From Trichosphaerium sp. ATCC 40318 (lineage: Eukaryota; Protista; Tubulinea): a stretch of DNA of 49,788 bases. Of this stretch, positions 1 through 13,222 are shown piece after piece. The notes beneath the pieces were generated by a model. The model made no database searches. It saw only the letters and a list, made by a program, of their open reading frames with translations, and was not told where the DNA came from. Where the stretch lies: positions 1-49,788 of the forward strand of contig JALMLS010000434.1 of NCBI GenBank assembly GCA_038496445.1. Reading direction: 5' to 3'. Each line of letters starts with the position of its first letter. Position 1 is the first letter of the stretch. The position numbers were made by a program, and so were the translations under genes.

Positions 1-1
1 T

Positions 2-442
2 ACAACAGCATCACCAACGACAGCACCACCAATAACAGTATCACCAACAGCAAGTGTACCTACAACGTTATCTCCTACGACAACATGGCCAACAACACTA
101 CGGCCAACATCACCTCCAACAATCCCTCCAACAACATTAACACCTACAACAATTGTTCCAACGACCACGCATCCTACACCGTTACGGCCAACAACACAAC
201 CAGTAGCGCCTACAAGCACACAAGTACCAACAACAGCTTCACCTACTGGACCTCAACAACCTCCTGCTGAATCTACTGGCAAACAACGAAACAAAAACCT
301 GTATGTAGGTTTGGTTTTGGCACTTTGTGCAGCTTTGGTTATTTTCGTTTCAAGTATGATTGTTTTCTTTTACTGTAAAAAGAAACGTGCGCTTGTAAAC
401 GATGAACCTGAGTATGACCTTTTAAGTGACACGCAACTTTGA
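2..442 (+). CDS. 3' end of a Thr/Pro-rich (mucin-like) single-pass membrane protein, 5'-truncated by the window
   Basis: Frame +2 is open from base 2: TTASPTTAPPITVSPT... stalk, then hydrophobic LYVGLVLALCAALVIFVSSMIVFFYC, basic KKKR and short tail EPEYDLLSDTQL, TGA at 440-442. The ORF-track call 85..270 is an off-frame shadow. Confidence 0.8.
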   Translation, partial: TTASPTTAPPITVSPTASVPTTLSPTTTWPTTLRPTSPPTIPPTTLTPTTIVPTTTHPTPLRPTTQPVAPTSTQVPTTASPTGPQQPPAESTGKQRNKNLYVGLVLALCAALVIFVSSMIVFFYCKKKRALVNDEPEYDLLSDTQL

Positions 443-784
443 AACCTATACAAAACCAAGACAATAAACTGTTGAACACCTTAACAAACTCCTAAACCTT
501 TTGCCTATTTCAGTTGCTATCTCGTTCCGTTTTGTTGAATGACGCTCACTATAATCTCCATATTGCAACACCTCAGTAATTTCTTACGCTCCTACCTAAA
601 GTTTATTCTTGTGCTTGATATACATTTGCAAATATTCATAGGTGTTTGGTGACAATGCCAATTTGAGAACTTGTGTTTGAGAAAAATGAAAGGGTTGCCA
701 ACTATAACGATAAATAATTTACATTGTAATCTTTGATTTTGATTTAACTTGTCAAAAGTACAGTTTGTGAAATTACCAAATTTT

Positions 785-1715
785 TTACTTTAGTTGGCCA
801 TCCTCATACCATCGTTTCTTTTCGCCATGCCGTTTATTCTCAATCCAGAAGCTGTGTTCCTTAAGTTGTCCATTCTCATACCACTTTTTTTTTTTACCAT
901 GCTTTTTACCATCGACCCACATACATTGTCCCTTAAGTTGACCACTTTCAAACCAATATTTTGCTTCACCATGTTGTTTACCATCTACCCAAATGCATTG
1001 TTCCTTTTGTTGTCCATTCTCATACCACTTTTTTTTTTCACCATGCTTTTTACCATCAACCCACATACATTGTCCCTTAAGTTGTCCACTTTCAAACCAA
1101 TCTTTACGTTCACCATGTTGTTTACCATCTACCCACATGCGTTGTTCTTTCAGTTGTCCATTCTCATGCCATGTTTTATCATGACCATGTTGTTGGTCAT
1201 GAGCCCATATGCTGTAGTCCTTAAGTTGTCCATTCTCATACCATCCCTTACTATCACCATGTTGCTTACCATTAACACACGTCCACTGTTCCATAAGTTG
1301 TCCATTCTCATACCATCCTTTACATTTGCCATGCTGTTTACCATCAAGCCACATCCCGTGTTCCTTCCAATTTCCACTCTTATAAAATCGTATCCATGCA
1401 CCTTTCTTTTGTAACAGTTTGTCAAAATGTGTATTAATAGCAGCTCTCTTTGATAGCACGTGAAATTTGGTGAAGACTTCAGCATTGAAAGTACAAATAT
1501 ACTTTTGAAGTTCACATGGAATATCTAGTAAAGTCAAAGGGCCCAATGCCAATTCACAGTTTATGTTGATAAGCTTTGCACTAGACTGTAAAAACTTAGA
1601 CAAAAAAGGCAAACAAAACGTTTGGGCAGCTCGCTTTTGACAGTTTCTTAGAATTTCGGAAAAAGCGAGTTTGAAAAATTATTGCTTTGTCTGTCAGTAC
1701 GGTTTCTCGGTACAT
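785..1715 (-). CDS. F-box-like + MORN-variant (YwqK-like) repeat protein, copy 1
   Basis: LLDIPCELQKYI F-box-like start, then about 8 24-aa repeats W(Y/F)E(N/S)GQLKxxxxWVDGKxHGxxKx. The ORF has no in-frame ATG before the F-box; a plausible first exon is ATGTACCGAGAAACC (1715-1701) joined by a GT..CAG intron 1700-1586 in phase 0. The start is inferred. Confidence 0.8.
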
Positions 1716-2146
1716 AAATCGCAAAAAGTTTGACTACCTGTAACTATAGCATCATAACTATATGTTAAAAGTAGCGATTGAAGTGTAAGATGGTTCTGAG
1801 GTGAGTAAAAACGTCTCAAAGATTTCAAAACAGTCTCAAAAGCGATGCTGCCCTTTATCTTCTTCTTTCAATGGTACTTGTTACAAAAGCAAAGAAATCG
1901 CTTCAAAAAAACAATTCCAAGGAGCTTTGCATTCAAATGACTACTTACAAGAGAGTTGTAGGTATTTCTTGCGTTTTACGTACCATTACTGATCCTCGTT
2001 AAAAAACGTGCGGTTAAAATAAACTTGTTGGGTTTGCAGTACTTTTCGCGGTTTACGTGAAGCTGTTATATGTCTAAGCAGAGCTTGCTTATTGTCCGAA
2101 ATTATTACAAGAAAAGAAACAGTACGAAGATTAAGTTAGCTTAAGT

Positions 2147-3348
2147 ATGTCGTCAGCAGCCAAGAAGTCTGGGCGTCGTTGGCTCAAAGTTGAATTGAGT
2201 AGCATGGACTCATTACCACACGAATTGTGGCTTCAAATATTGGATGCAGCAGATGCTAAAATTGCATGCAAATGCTCTGAGCTCTGCAAAGCCATTAGAT
2301 ACGCAGCTACATCAACGAGCGTATGGTCAGCTCAAATGCGCACTTCTTTTGGTAACAATGTCGTTACTACTATAAAAAGCGTACCAGACGACGACCTGTG
2401 CGTAGAAAGGCCGTTTTTCAAAGCATACAAATTCTTTTGTACGTTCTAGACACAAAAACCACCTACTTATCTATATAGCCACTATAAAGCCACGTACCCT
2501 CGCTTACGAAGTATCTGACAGTGATTGCGGTGAATATTCATCTTATTACGGTTTTAACAGCCTCAAATCTCGAACCGGAGGAGGATACTGTACGTGAAAA
2601 GAATTTATAATTGGAGGTAACATAAAAATAGGCACAAAACCAGGAAATAAAAAAAACGCAAATATTTTGTTGAAAATCAAAAAAAAGGCACTCATCTCCG
2701 AGATGGTTATTTGTATCGCTGATATTCAGTCATACACTACTCCAGTTAACAACTGTTTGTTTTTCATTCCCAAAGAAGCAGAACCTTTTGGTACAATGGT
2801 TAAATACTCCAACCAGTTTAGTGGAATGCGTAATAATGATTTTGAGGCAATGAAACCAAAAGAAGGTCGGTATTACATGTCTTTGATTGTTTTTTTTTCA
2901 ACTGAATTTCAAATATTTGCAAGAAATTCCGTATCTATTCATTGATTTATTCTTTAGGTAATCCGGTTGGTGGACTATTTAATATTGCAAGTACAAGACC
3001 GCAAGGGTCAGGTACAACTTATCATAAAGCTAGTTTCAAACCAGAAACAAGTAGTAGAGTGCTAGTCAGTACGTAAAAAACTTGAAGTTTTTTTCTCTTT
3101 TTTTTTATCTAAACTACTCAAACCTAGAACTACTCGATAGTCATGGTCAAGGTACAACAATAGACGTTTATTTCATATCATGTAATGGATGGTACCTTGA
3201 TGAATTACTTGATTACTTGAAAGAAAACAACGAAGATGCGGAAGAAAATCAGCAAGCACAACCACAAGCACAAACAGTTGAAAAGTCTTCGTCTTCGATA
3301 AAAAACTTACTTAACAAAACAAAAATAAAAATATCGAACTTTTTTTAA
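2147..3348 (+). CDS. F-box protein with an uncharacterised C-terminal domain (multi-exon)
   Basis: MDSLPHELWLQIL...CKCSELCKAIRYAATSTSVW F-box pattern. GTACGT donors at 2439, 2590 and 3070 with in-frame downstream exons (LAYEVSDSDCGEYSSYY...GGYCT; GNPVGGLFNIAS; LLDSHGQGTTIDVYFISCNGWY). Stop at 3348. Confidence 0.75.
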
Positions 3349-3388
3349 GGGACCTTAAGTCTCGCAATAACAGCCTTTTATTAGTTAC

Positions 3389-3874
3389 TTATTGGACTTT
3401 GACACCTTTCCAGAATGCGAAGTGTCCCTTTATGTTACTTGCAGCAGCCTATTTGTTGTTTAGAAAGGCACAAGTCTTAAAATGAAAAAAAAACGTACTT
3501 TTGGCTCTTTGTAGAACCATGCAGCGTTCTCGCTCTCTTTTCCGTTAACAGAGACGGTCTTGTAGCTAGCTAAAAGAGATTGTTAGCAAATTGCTGTGAA
3601 TAAACGTTACTCAACGTCATCTAGTGTGATTGGCTAACACTACGTTGTAAAAATGCGTACCTAGGCCTTTCCATGGGCAACCGCTTGTGTGAGACGAGTC
3701 TTTGAAGTATTCTTGTTTGAGCGAATCAGCAGGGAAGTAGTGGTTACCTACGCGCGTGTAAGCCAGGGAGGAACAAAGAATCGCCGGAGTGAACGGTATT
3801 AGCGTACCTTCAACTACTACAGTGTTTGAAGACTCAGCGATTACGACGTTATTAAAGATGGCTTTCTTGGACAT
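3389..3874 (-). CDS. DUF427 (NTP_transf_9) family protein, 4 exons
   Basis: Spliced translation MSKKAIFNNVVIAESSNTVVVEG/NHYFPADSLKQEYFKDSSHTSGCPWKG/LASYKTVSVNGKESENAAWFYKEPK/AAASNIKGHFAFWKGVKVQ carries the family motifs EGNxYFP, CPWKG, NAAW and AFW. Confidence 0.92.
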
Positions 3875-4438
3875 GTTGCTTGTGTTGTAAGTTTGTTTTA
3901 CTGACTTGTAAAATGTCGTTAAGCAATACAATTTCTCCGCCTCATTTTTTACTGAAAAGCGAACCCGTGGAACAAGCGTCATAGAGCGATTTAGTCCGCT
4001 TCCACGCCACTGCGAGCGTGAGAAACTAGTCGTTACATTATAAACACCGTAGGTGCCAAACTGATTGGTAAAACGTTAACAGACGCTAAAGTTTTCTAAA
4101 AGTAAAACAAGCGGTTAAACCCTCACTGCGCGTGTCGGTGTTCGAAGGCGTGGCTAGTTGGTAATATGTTCCTTTTGGGTTAGCGTTAAAAATACTTTCG
4201 CAGTTTGTTTTGTAAGGTTGTTGAATGTGTCATCTACTTGCCATGCGCTTCATTTAAGGTTTTTTATGCTTTTGTGTCATTTACCAAACACACCAATACC
4301 AGAATTCTACCTCCAGTACGCCGATGTAGCCTAACAACAGTAATTGCCTTGAATTGTGTTGTAGCGAAACAATCTGAGACTTAAGTTTAATTGTAATTGG
4401 TTACCAGTCTGTCTTGCGCCTCTGTTCGCTAGGTTCTA

Positions 4439-7400
4439 ATGGAAAACAAGTTCATAGAGCTGTACGTAAAAGGAACAGGTTATTTTCCTCGCACTCACAA
4501 CAAACGCAGCCAAGAGGTAGCTGAAATCTTAAAAGTGGTGCATATAGTGGTTGGCGATGCTTTAAAGTGCGATAACGCCATTTCACCCTTCAAGTTACAA
4601 AAGGCGCTAGAAAGTACAGAGTCGCTAAGAGAACGCATACAGGTACCCTATTAAATAAAACAAAAGAACTCTAGGCAATTTTTTCTACAAAATTTTTTTA
4701 ATGAGCGTTATGATCATCAATACACCATTTGTAACTCTGATATAACCCTCACGTAATAATACGAAGCTAATTCTTTGTAATTAGTACTCATGTCAAAACC
4801 GAATTATGTCTCTGGAAACGTACGACGTGTACACGCGCTTACTCGTTCGTATCACGGATTTACTCATTCCATTCCTCATGGGTTGTGCGGCTCCAATCAG
4901 CGCTATTACTAGGTACATTTTCGGCACTTTTATGGCCTCTCACGTGATAGTTTCGCGCCATAAAGTCTGGCATAAAAAAAGAAGTTTGTGGATTAATTTT
5001 ATATTGTAGATATAAATGTTATACGTGTATAGCACTCATTGGTGCACCTGTCCTTATTCCACACGAGCAGCACTCTTTCCGATTTTACATGTGTCACCTA
5101 CTGGCATGCGAAAACGGTACAACAAATCAAGCTTTAAACAAATCAAGCGTTAAACAAAAAACTATTTAATTTTTATTTATTGAACTAATTAGGAATTATT
5201 TTTTTACACTTTTTTGTGTCATCTTGACGAAGGATACTTGCGTTAAAATTGCATAATATTAATGAGTAAAAACTCATGCTATTTAGGAACTAAAACAGTT
5301 GATACTTCTGTGTCTGGGTTACACGTATTTTTACAAGCAGGAGACGAAGGTCATACAAAAGATAGATCAGGCGATTTAGATGGTAATAAGACATACGAGG
5401 GTGCTTTTGCTGTTACATTCCCTTTCGCATATAATACAGAGCTTGTTGGTACTGATGTTAAAACATATTATTTAAAAGCTACAAGTGATATTGGCGTACG
5501 TTTGTTTTAACACTTAAAAATAGTTTTTTCTACAGGCTTTTCTTTGTTTACCAAGTTTAGCTATTTGATGAATCTGGAACACCCGTACAAGTAGCTGAAG
5601 TATGCTCAGCGACACAACCAACATTAATTGTTAGTGCTAAACCAGGATTATGGCAAGACGCTGCATATCAATGGGTAGAACAGACAGTTTTTAAAGAAGG
5701 TACTTACCCTTTTTTTTCCTTTTTTTTTTCGCTGTGTGTTTTTCCTCATTTCTCGAGATAGGCGTAGAGACAGTACATGTAAATTTTTTATCTAACGTTA
5801 TACACCAAACATACGCTCGTGCTTCAGAAGGATACAATACAGATTTTTATACAAAAGCTTTTATGCCAGTCATCACTGAATCTCCGTTTAAATCACTCGT
5901 CAATAAACTTCAAGCAAAATCACTGTGGGATTTATTGGCACCTTTATTTGGAAAGATACATGATAGTCAAGTATATTTTTTATTAATTAAAGAGGAGTAC
6001 GTCAACATAATAGCCATAATCAATCCATAATATTAAGTCTGTTTGTAGTTTAATACATCCAAAACTGTACAAAAAAGATGAACCTTTTTCAGGACTACTG
6101 CCTGAAAAGTTGGCTTCAAAAAATAGCGAAGAGGTACCTCCTATTTACTTTGGTGTCTATGCCTTTTTATTTATTAATATTGTGATAGGATGAAGATACA
6201 CCCATACTGACATTAATGATGGATGCAAACGATTTTACGACTATAAGAGCTGTAGAGTCAACTTCCAAGACTGACTTGTGCGTTTTATTTTTTTATCATT
6301 TGTTTTGCTCTTATTAAGTTGCGCAGGTTGTTTCCTCAATTAAGGGGTGTGAGCTCAGAAGACTGCTTACGTAGATTGCTATCAGATATTGTTGTTCAGA
6401 GACCAGGCATAAAGATTCGGTCTGGTGACCAAATAGTGCTGCTAAAAGACACTGAAGTCATAAAATTTGTAGACTCAGGTATGTAGCTGTTAGCGAATAA
6501 GTTAGGTTGTTATCACTCGTGATTTTCTAACTTGTTATTGTTTACGTTAGATTGTCCAGCGGAAGGTATGAGGCCACGTGCTATAAGAGAAAAAACCAAA
6601 AAAGAAGTTAAAGAAAAAGAAGACAAAAAAAGCCACTTTGGAATCAAAAAGGTAAATCTCTACACTACTAGTAGTATTCGCCGTATTATTGATTATTATG
6701 TTGACATTATAATAGATGTCTTACTTTGAAGAAATGAATAAAGTGGCATCAATGACACGGTAAGAAATTAATAATTGTTTTTTTCAGTAATAACTAACTT
6801 TTATGAATCAGTGCAGCAACTCCGCAGATTAACTCTTTTGAAGATCTTAAAATTGCTATAAGTACACCCATATCTAGTTTAATTATAAGAGTCCTTACTT
6901 TATTTATTACAGAAACTAGAGGCATGGATAAACTCAACGAAGCTGAGCTTCTTAGCTTGCACGGATTGAAAGATATCTGTTTAAATTTTAGTAATCTTAA
7001 AGTGATGCCTGCAGCCTTGTTTAAACTCACCTTGTACGAATATACTATCTCCCAATATAACACCTTTATATTCAATCTAATATTCAAACGTAGGTTACAA
7101 TCGCTGAATATAGAAGGGAATCAAATAGAATCAATAGACACTAATATTGGAAAACTTACTAATCTCACAAATCTAAATCTTTCTGGTACCTCTCTCACTT
7201 TGACTGAAATGTCCGCTTACTAATTATTTATGCAGGTAATAAACTTAGTACACTACCTCTACAGCTAGGAAAGCTTGAAAATCTTGTACACTTATTTTTA
7301 CACAAGAACGTGCGTGTTGAACAAAAGGTAGCTGTAAATTTGCTTATTTCTCTTTTTAGCAATTTTTGGCATTACCTTCATCTTTGGGATCGATGAAGAA

Positions 7401-10400
7401 GCTGTTGTCTTTATACTTACAGAACAACAAGCTAAATTACTTGCCTGCTGAAATAGGACAATTACAGAATCTTAGAACACTTGTTGTTGCTAATAACGAG
7501 TTGAAACAACTTCCTCCTTCGATTGGAAGATTAAAAAGTTTGTACGTGTTTTACATCAAAATGTTATTTTCATTGACTGACAATACTTTAGATCTTGGCT
7601 TAATGTGGCTGATAACGAACTTGAGTACCTCCCTCCTTCTCTTGGACGTGTGTGGGGTCATTTGGGCGATTTTTTCTACTCTGGTAACCCATTGAGTCGC
7701 ATCCCAGCAAAACATACAACGTCGGCCGGAGAATTATTGTCATACTTGAAGGATCAACCTCCAGGTAAACCCACCCTTCTTTTGTTTCTCTATTTGTTTG
7801 TATCTATTAAACCGCTTTTTAGAGGTATTGGTGTCTTCTCCATCACTTGAAGCAGATTTAAAGAACATGGCTCGAAGGCTCGAGTACAATGACTTGAAGT
7901 TCAATCATTCTGAAGGGAATGTCTATTACCTAGACAAATGCATATTGTGGGCAAGACGCGATATGTTTTCTGAAGAATTGTTTCCTAACATTGAAGGTAC
8001 GGAATCATTAAAACAATTGTCTTAAACAGTATTTTTTTGCGCTTTTTTTACGACCATGTTTGACGTATTATATTAGACCCAGAGTGCAAGGAAATTAGCT
8101 TACATCAATTAAGTGCTAAGTATGCTAAAACACTGAAAGATAAGGTTGCTTTTGAGTCATTACTCTCAGTTATCTATGGTCATAAAATCAACAATGAAGC
8201 AGAGAAGGTACAAATTAGTTGAAACAAATTATTTTTAATTTTTTCGCATTATTGTGGCTTTGTTAACTCTACTGTTAGGGTATTTGTTTGGAGCTAGCTA
8301 GCTTCGATTATTGTAAAATAAATGCTAAAGAGCGCGAAAAAATATATGTAGAGCACTTGAGCAAGTTGGTGAACAACCAAAAATTTTCAGATGTAGCTTT
8401 CACAGGCAAGATTCTCGCGTTTTCCCCATTCTTATGGCGTTACACCTAACACTTAAACTAAACCTGTTTTAGTCGGTGAAGAAAAAATATACGCGCACAA
8501 AGCTATAATTTGCTCAAGATGCTCGTTCTTGAGCGCTATGTTCGCAAGTGGTAAGGTTTTAATTTTTTTTGTTTTGTATCTAAATTAAATTGTTTTAGGC
8601 ATGCGTGAAGCACAGTCTGATGAGATAGCATTACCTGATATGTCATTATCTCTTTTATCTAATATTATGAAGTATATCTATACTGGAACATGTGATATTG
8701 ATGGTGATAATGTTTATGATCTTTTAAATATTGCAAATATGTATCAATTGGATAGGCTCAAAGAGCAGTACGTTTTCGGTGATTATTTTTTATTTGATAT
8801 TTGTTTATGTTGTGAATGTTAACAATGTCGTGTAGATGTGAAGCTATTATTGCTGAGTCTATTGAACCTAGTAATGTAAATGACGTATTCGACCTCTCAA
8901 AGTATTTTAACTTGGTTCAACTCACAGATTACTGCACCTTTGCAGTCCATAGATTCACACAACTTGGAAGATACTTTGAGGTACGCTTGTTAACAACACC
9001 ATTCGCATACTTTAGTCATAACTTATGTTATAGATTACTGATAGAGCCAAACTGCCTGAAGATCTTAAAAACGAGTTAATATCGGATTACCTTGTCGCAA
9101 AGATTGGTGCGTTTGACTTTCTAAAATCTGTTCATTGGATGAGATCTCCTTTTTTTCTTATTTCTTACATTTTTCTTAAGATCCCGAAGTTAGTCCATTG
9201 CGTCAGCTGCCAAATGTACGAAACGTACCACCATCACGTGTTCTTCAAGACAAGCGTATGATATCATTCTACTTTGTTTTATATGGCCTACATGAGGTAT
9301 ATGCCAACGAAGAAGATAAAATCAAAAGCGAAGAAAGAGCAAAAAAGCATGCGGAAGACTTAAAGAAGAAAAAGGCTAAAAAAGAAAGTGAAGAGAGAAA
9401 ATCAATGGAAACTACGTTGCCACCTTCTATAGCTAAAAGAGCTAAAATTCGTGGGCGTAGAACAAAGGCACAAGGTTTCACAAAGAAGAAAACATTTGGA
9501 AATTTCGATGGTCCTGGATTCGCTGATACTGGAGAGATTGATAGTCTTCCTAAGTTTGGATCTAAGATATCTACTCAAAAAGGAAATTTTGAACAAAAAG
9601 AATCAAGAGCACGCAAGGGATTCGTTTTTGGGCCAGTTGGAACTGTTAACGATAGTGTAAAAACTTCTTCTTCTTCTCCTCCGCCTAATTCTTTTGAAAA
9701 TGCTTTTGGTGCTATGTCAATAACAGATAACACTAAACAAGAGAACATATTCACTTTTTCAAGCAGTTCTGATGCTTTCAGTGGTAACTCTTCAGGAGAG
9801 AAGAGGTACGACTTTTTTTTATGTTTTTTTCTTTTTTTCGAAAAATCTAATTGGTTATTGTTTAGTGTTGGCAGCCCTTCATCTGATTCTCATGATAAAT
9901 CAGAGCCAAAGCCTTTCAAGTTTGATTTCTCTCCAAGTAAAGATAAGGACAAGTTGGATTCTTCAAACTCTCCAACATTTTCTTTTGGCACAAGTGACAG
10001 CTCATCGGTAAATCCTGTCTTTTTCACTTTTTTTTCGCTAACAATTTGTAGGTTGGATCACCACAAGGCACCTTCTCGTTTTCTGGATCATCTTCGCCTA
10101 GTTTAGCACCTTCAAAAAAGAGTTATTCTAGAGCACCAGAGAAAGTAAGACAAAGAAGGAGAACAAACAGAGAAAAAGCAAAGGCAGCTGTACGCTTTTG
10201 GATTTGCGAAGGAATTCCTTATGAGACTTTTGTTGACATTTTGACTAGGCTTCCGCTGCTGTTACACAACCCAAACAAGTACAGAATGTATATAAACATA
10301 CAGGACATGGTAGAGTATCAAATAGCCAGATGGTTGAACGTACAAACCCAGCAGATGATACAGGATATGACGTCAAAGTAAAAGGAACACTTTTACTAGA

Positions 10401-11009
10401 TTTGGCGAAAGGCCTTCATCTAGAAGATAGACTAGTTGTAGATAGATTAGGAGGATTTTTTATGGACGTTGAATTTTCTACTTTTAATGAGCTTGTTGAT
10501 ATCTTTAAACGGAAGATATACCCTGATTATTTCTTACCCGAGAACGACGAGCGAAGAGAACGCGAAGCAGCTTGGTTATTCGCTGATTACCCGGTACGTA
10601 GATAGAGATCCTCTACATGCTCTTATTTCAAAAAAAAAACACGAGAAAGTCACAGATAGTGGGTTTTTTATACTGACATATTACTGGTAGATAACTATAT
10701 ACGTATACAACGGCAATACAGGCCAATTCGCTCCTGAAAATTTTACTACAAAGTTACTTGAGCGCTCTAATAAGACTGGTACTGTTGGTATTATTATAAA
10801 GGTCTCATCGTGGTGGTTCACAGGTAAACAAATCAGTTTTAACGATTTTTTTATGAAATCCTTTCTACAACGGTTAAACTAACACTATTACCTCCATAGA
10901 TCGCGAAAAACAAATTGCATTAAAAAAATCGGGAAAGAAAGAGGAAAAAGTATTCAGCCCTGACGTCACCTCACAAAAGACTGAGTTGAACCAAACGGGA
11001 GAATTTTGA
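4439..11009 (+). CDS. Large multi-exon LRR + tandem BTB/POZ protein with an FxF-rich low-complexity region and unknown N- and C-terminal domains
   Basis: LRRs (LQSLNIEGNQIESI, LYLQNNKLNYLPAEIGQLQNL) at about 6920-7760. Degenerate BTB at about 7820-8210. Canonical BTB (KFSDVAFTVGEEKIYAHKAIICSRCSFLSAMFASGMREAQ...LKEQCE) at about 8350-8980. Last exon ends at TGA 11007-11009. The exon joins I checked from about 6550 onward are in frame; the link to the 4439-5250 exons is uncertain. Confidence 0.75.
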
Positions 11010-11422
11010 CTTATTGGTGGGAAAAAAATAGTGGATTTCAATTGTAGAGCTTTTTACGACTTCTTTTCTGAGTCTTTGGCTTTGTTTTGTTAAGTAAAAT
11101 ATTGTAGTATAAACAACACCCTTAGTTGCCAATTAATACTCTAGTTGCTCAACACTACGACTTAAGCAATCCAAAGCATAAGTAATGATAACTATCATTT
11201 GGGTTAAGGTCCTTGTGTTGTCTTAATAATAGCATATGCTACGTATTTGTGATGACAAGAAAGTTGTATTAGCAATGGAGAATGTAAATTTTAGAACGAA
11301 ATTTCGTTCAGATTGTAGTGGAGCATTGGATTTCAATTCTGTTCCAAATAGATTTCAGTGAAATAAGTGAACTGACAGTTTAGACCGAAAGAGTCAACAT
11401 ACGCACCTCACACGTTAAACTC

Positions 11423-12200
11423 ATGGCTGCCTATTCCTCACAAGTTGAGCCTGGAGTGAATAACTATAAACTTGTCGTATTGGGCCCTACAGGGGTTGGA
11501 AAATCAGCAACATCAATACAATTCATTCAAAACATATTTGTACCAGATTCGGACCCAACCCTAGACGATTCGTGAGCACGGAGCTTTTTTAACCTTTAAA
11601 AAAGTCTAAAACACCTCTAAACGCTCACCCACGCGCTAAGGTATCGTAAGCAAGTCACTATAGACGACGAAACTGCCGTACTTGATGTTCTAGACACAGT
11701 TGACTCTGACGACGACTACTCGAGTATCCCGCACATGGTAATTAAATAAATCGTTTTTAGGCTGAACTAATCTAACAGATTGTAGTACATACGAGGTGGT
11801 GAAGGCTTTATTTTTCTGTATAGCATCACAGACAGACTGTCATTTGAAATAATGCCATACTTATTTCACCAGGTTTACAGGTGACAAAACTAAAGTCTTT
11901 GCCTAGGTCTACGACACTAAATATTTTGTGTACAGAGTAAAAGACTTGGATGCTAATACAGACAAAATTCCTATTGTACTTGTAGGAAATAAATTAGACT
12001 TGGAAGAAGATAGACAAGTAAGCACAGAAGAAGGAATCGAACTTGCACAACAGAATGGATGCAAATTTTTTGAGGCATCTGCAAAAACACGTGTCAATAT
12101 TGATGAACAGTTTTATGAGCTTGTTAGAGAACTTCGGAAATTTGGAATCCAAACTTCAGTACCGTTAAAACGTAAACAGCGCGGATGTATTGTAATGTAG
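11423..12200 (+). CDS. Ras-family small GTPase (atypical), 4 exons, CAAX box
   Basis: [69 protein letters not shown]-terminal CIVM. GT-AG introns start at 11572, 11738 and 11881. Confidence 0.95.
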
Positions 12201-12488
12201 ATTAATCTCATTGTTTAATAATGATTGTTACAAAGCTACAACAGTTGAGGTCAGCATTTCCACCCAGATTGATTATAATAGCATGTGCTTGATACTAGCA
12301 CCCATAAAGCATATGGCACTGCATGTTTTTACGTGGCACATAAGTTCAATGCCAAGCAAGATCACAAGCCGTCCTTAAGACCGGTTCAAGAGGTAACTTA
12401 AAACACTCCTGCTTTTTTTTATCTTAATGTTCCCTTAGGTCACTCACTCGCTATTAAAGTCCCAACAGGCACTTTGAGGAGTGTGTTT

Positions 12489-13222
12489 TTATTCTACTTT
12501 ACAATACAACTCAGTTATCCATTTTGAAGTATCCTTTTCAGTGGTTGGATCTGTCAGATAAGCCTCCCAAGAGTCACCATTTGTCGCTTTAATATCCTTG
12601 TGCTTATGACCTTCCGTAGCCATCCAAGCACCCATAGCTTCCCAACTTTTACCTAACTCAGCGTAGTCACCTTGTAACACAAGTTAGCTCTTTTCATACG
12701 TAACAATCTCGGAAGTTTACCTTTGTGTACCCACTTCGCTACTTTGCCGCTAGGCAAAGGACCTGTCTTGATGTCATCGGTTAGCTCTGCGGTAACATCA
12801 CCAACAACAGGAAACCCACAAGAGACATCGAACACTTTCTCTCCAACAGAAAAATATTGACAACAAGGCGCTCCAGCACATTCGATCTACAAAAAAGGTT
12901 GAGTAAAAACTACCTTTCCGCTTCTTTTGGTAACGTACTCCATTAGCTTTCATAAAGCAAAAAACTTTTCCAACGCTTCTACAGGTACGGTGAGCTCTGG
13001 AACAGTACAAAATAAAAACCGCGCGAAATACTATTTCGCAGAAATGGTTTTCGAAAGTTTTTTTTTGGTTTTTATTCGCGATTAGTTGTTACGCGTTTTC
13101 AAGGCTAAAAAAAAGGTGATAAATACGTACTCTCCGTATACTTTTGAAAAGTTTTGATGCTCTAAGGTCACCCGAAAGCCCACAAAAGTGCGTTCAGGTA
13201 GTGTCAGAATCTCTCCAGACAT
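12489..13222 (-). CDS. GyrI-like small-molecule-binding domain protein, 4 exons
   Basis: MSGEILTLPERTFVGFRVT...FDVSCGFPV...LPSGKVAKWVHKG/DYAELGKSWEAMGAWM...WEAYLTDPTTEKDTSKWITELY matches the GyrI-like motifs HxGxY and ExYLxDP. Confidence 0.88.

Noticed and set aside
794-1414. Hydrophobic 206-aa plus-strand ORF (and the similar 28850-29152)
   Set aside because: Antisense shadow of the MORN-variant repeats.
5120-5160. Short direct repeat aacaaatcaagc(t/g)tta x2
   Set aside because: A local intronic slippage duplication with no element features.
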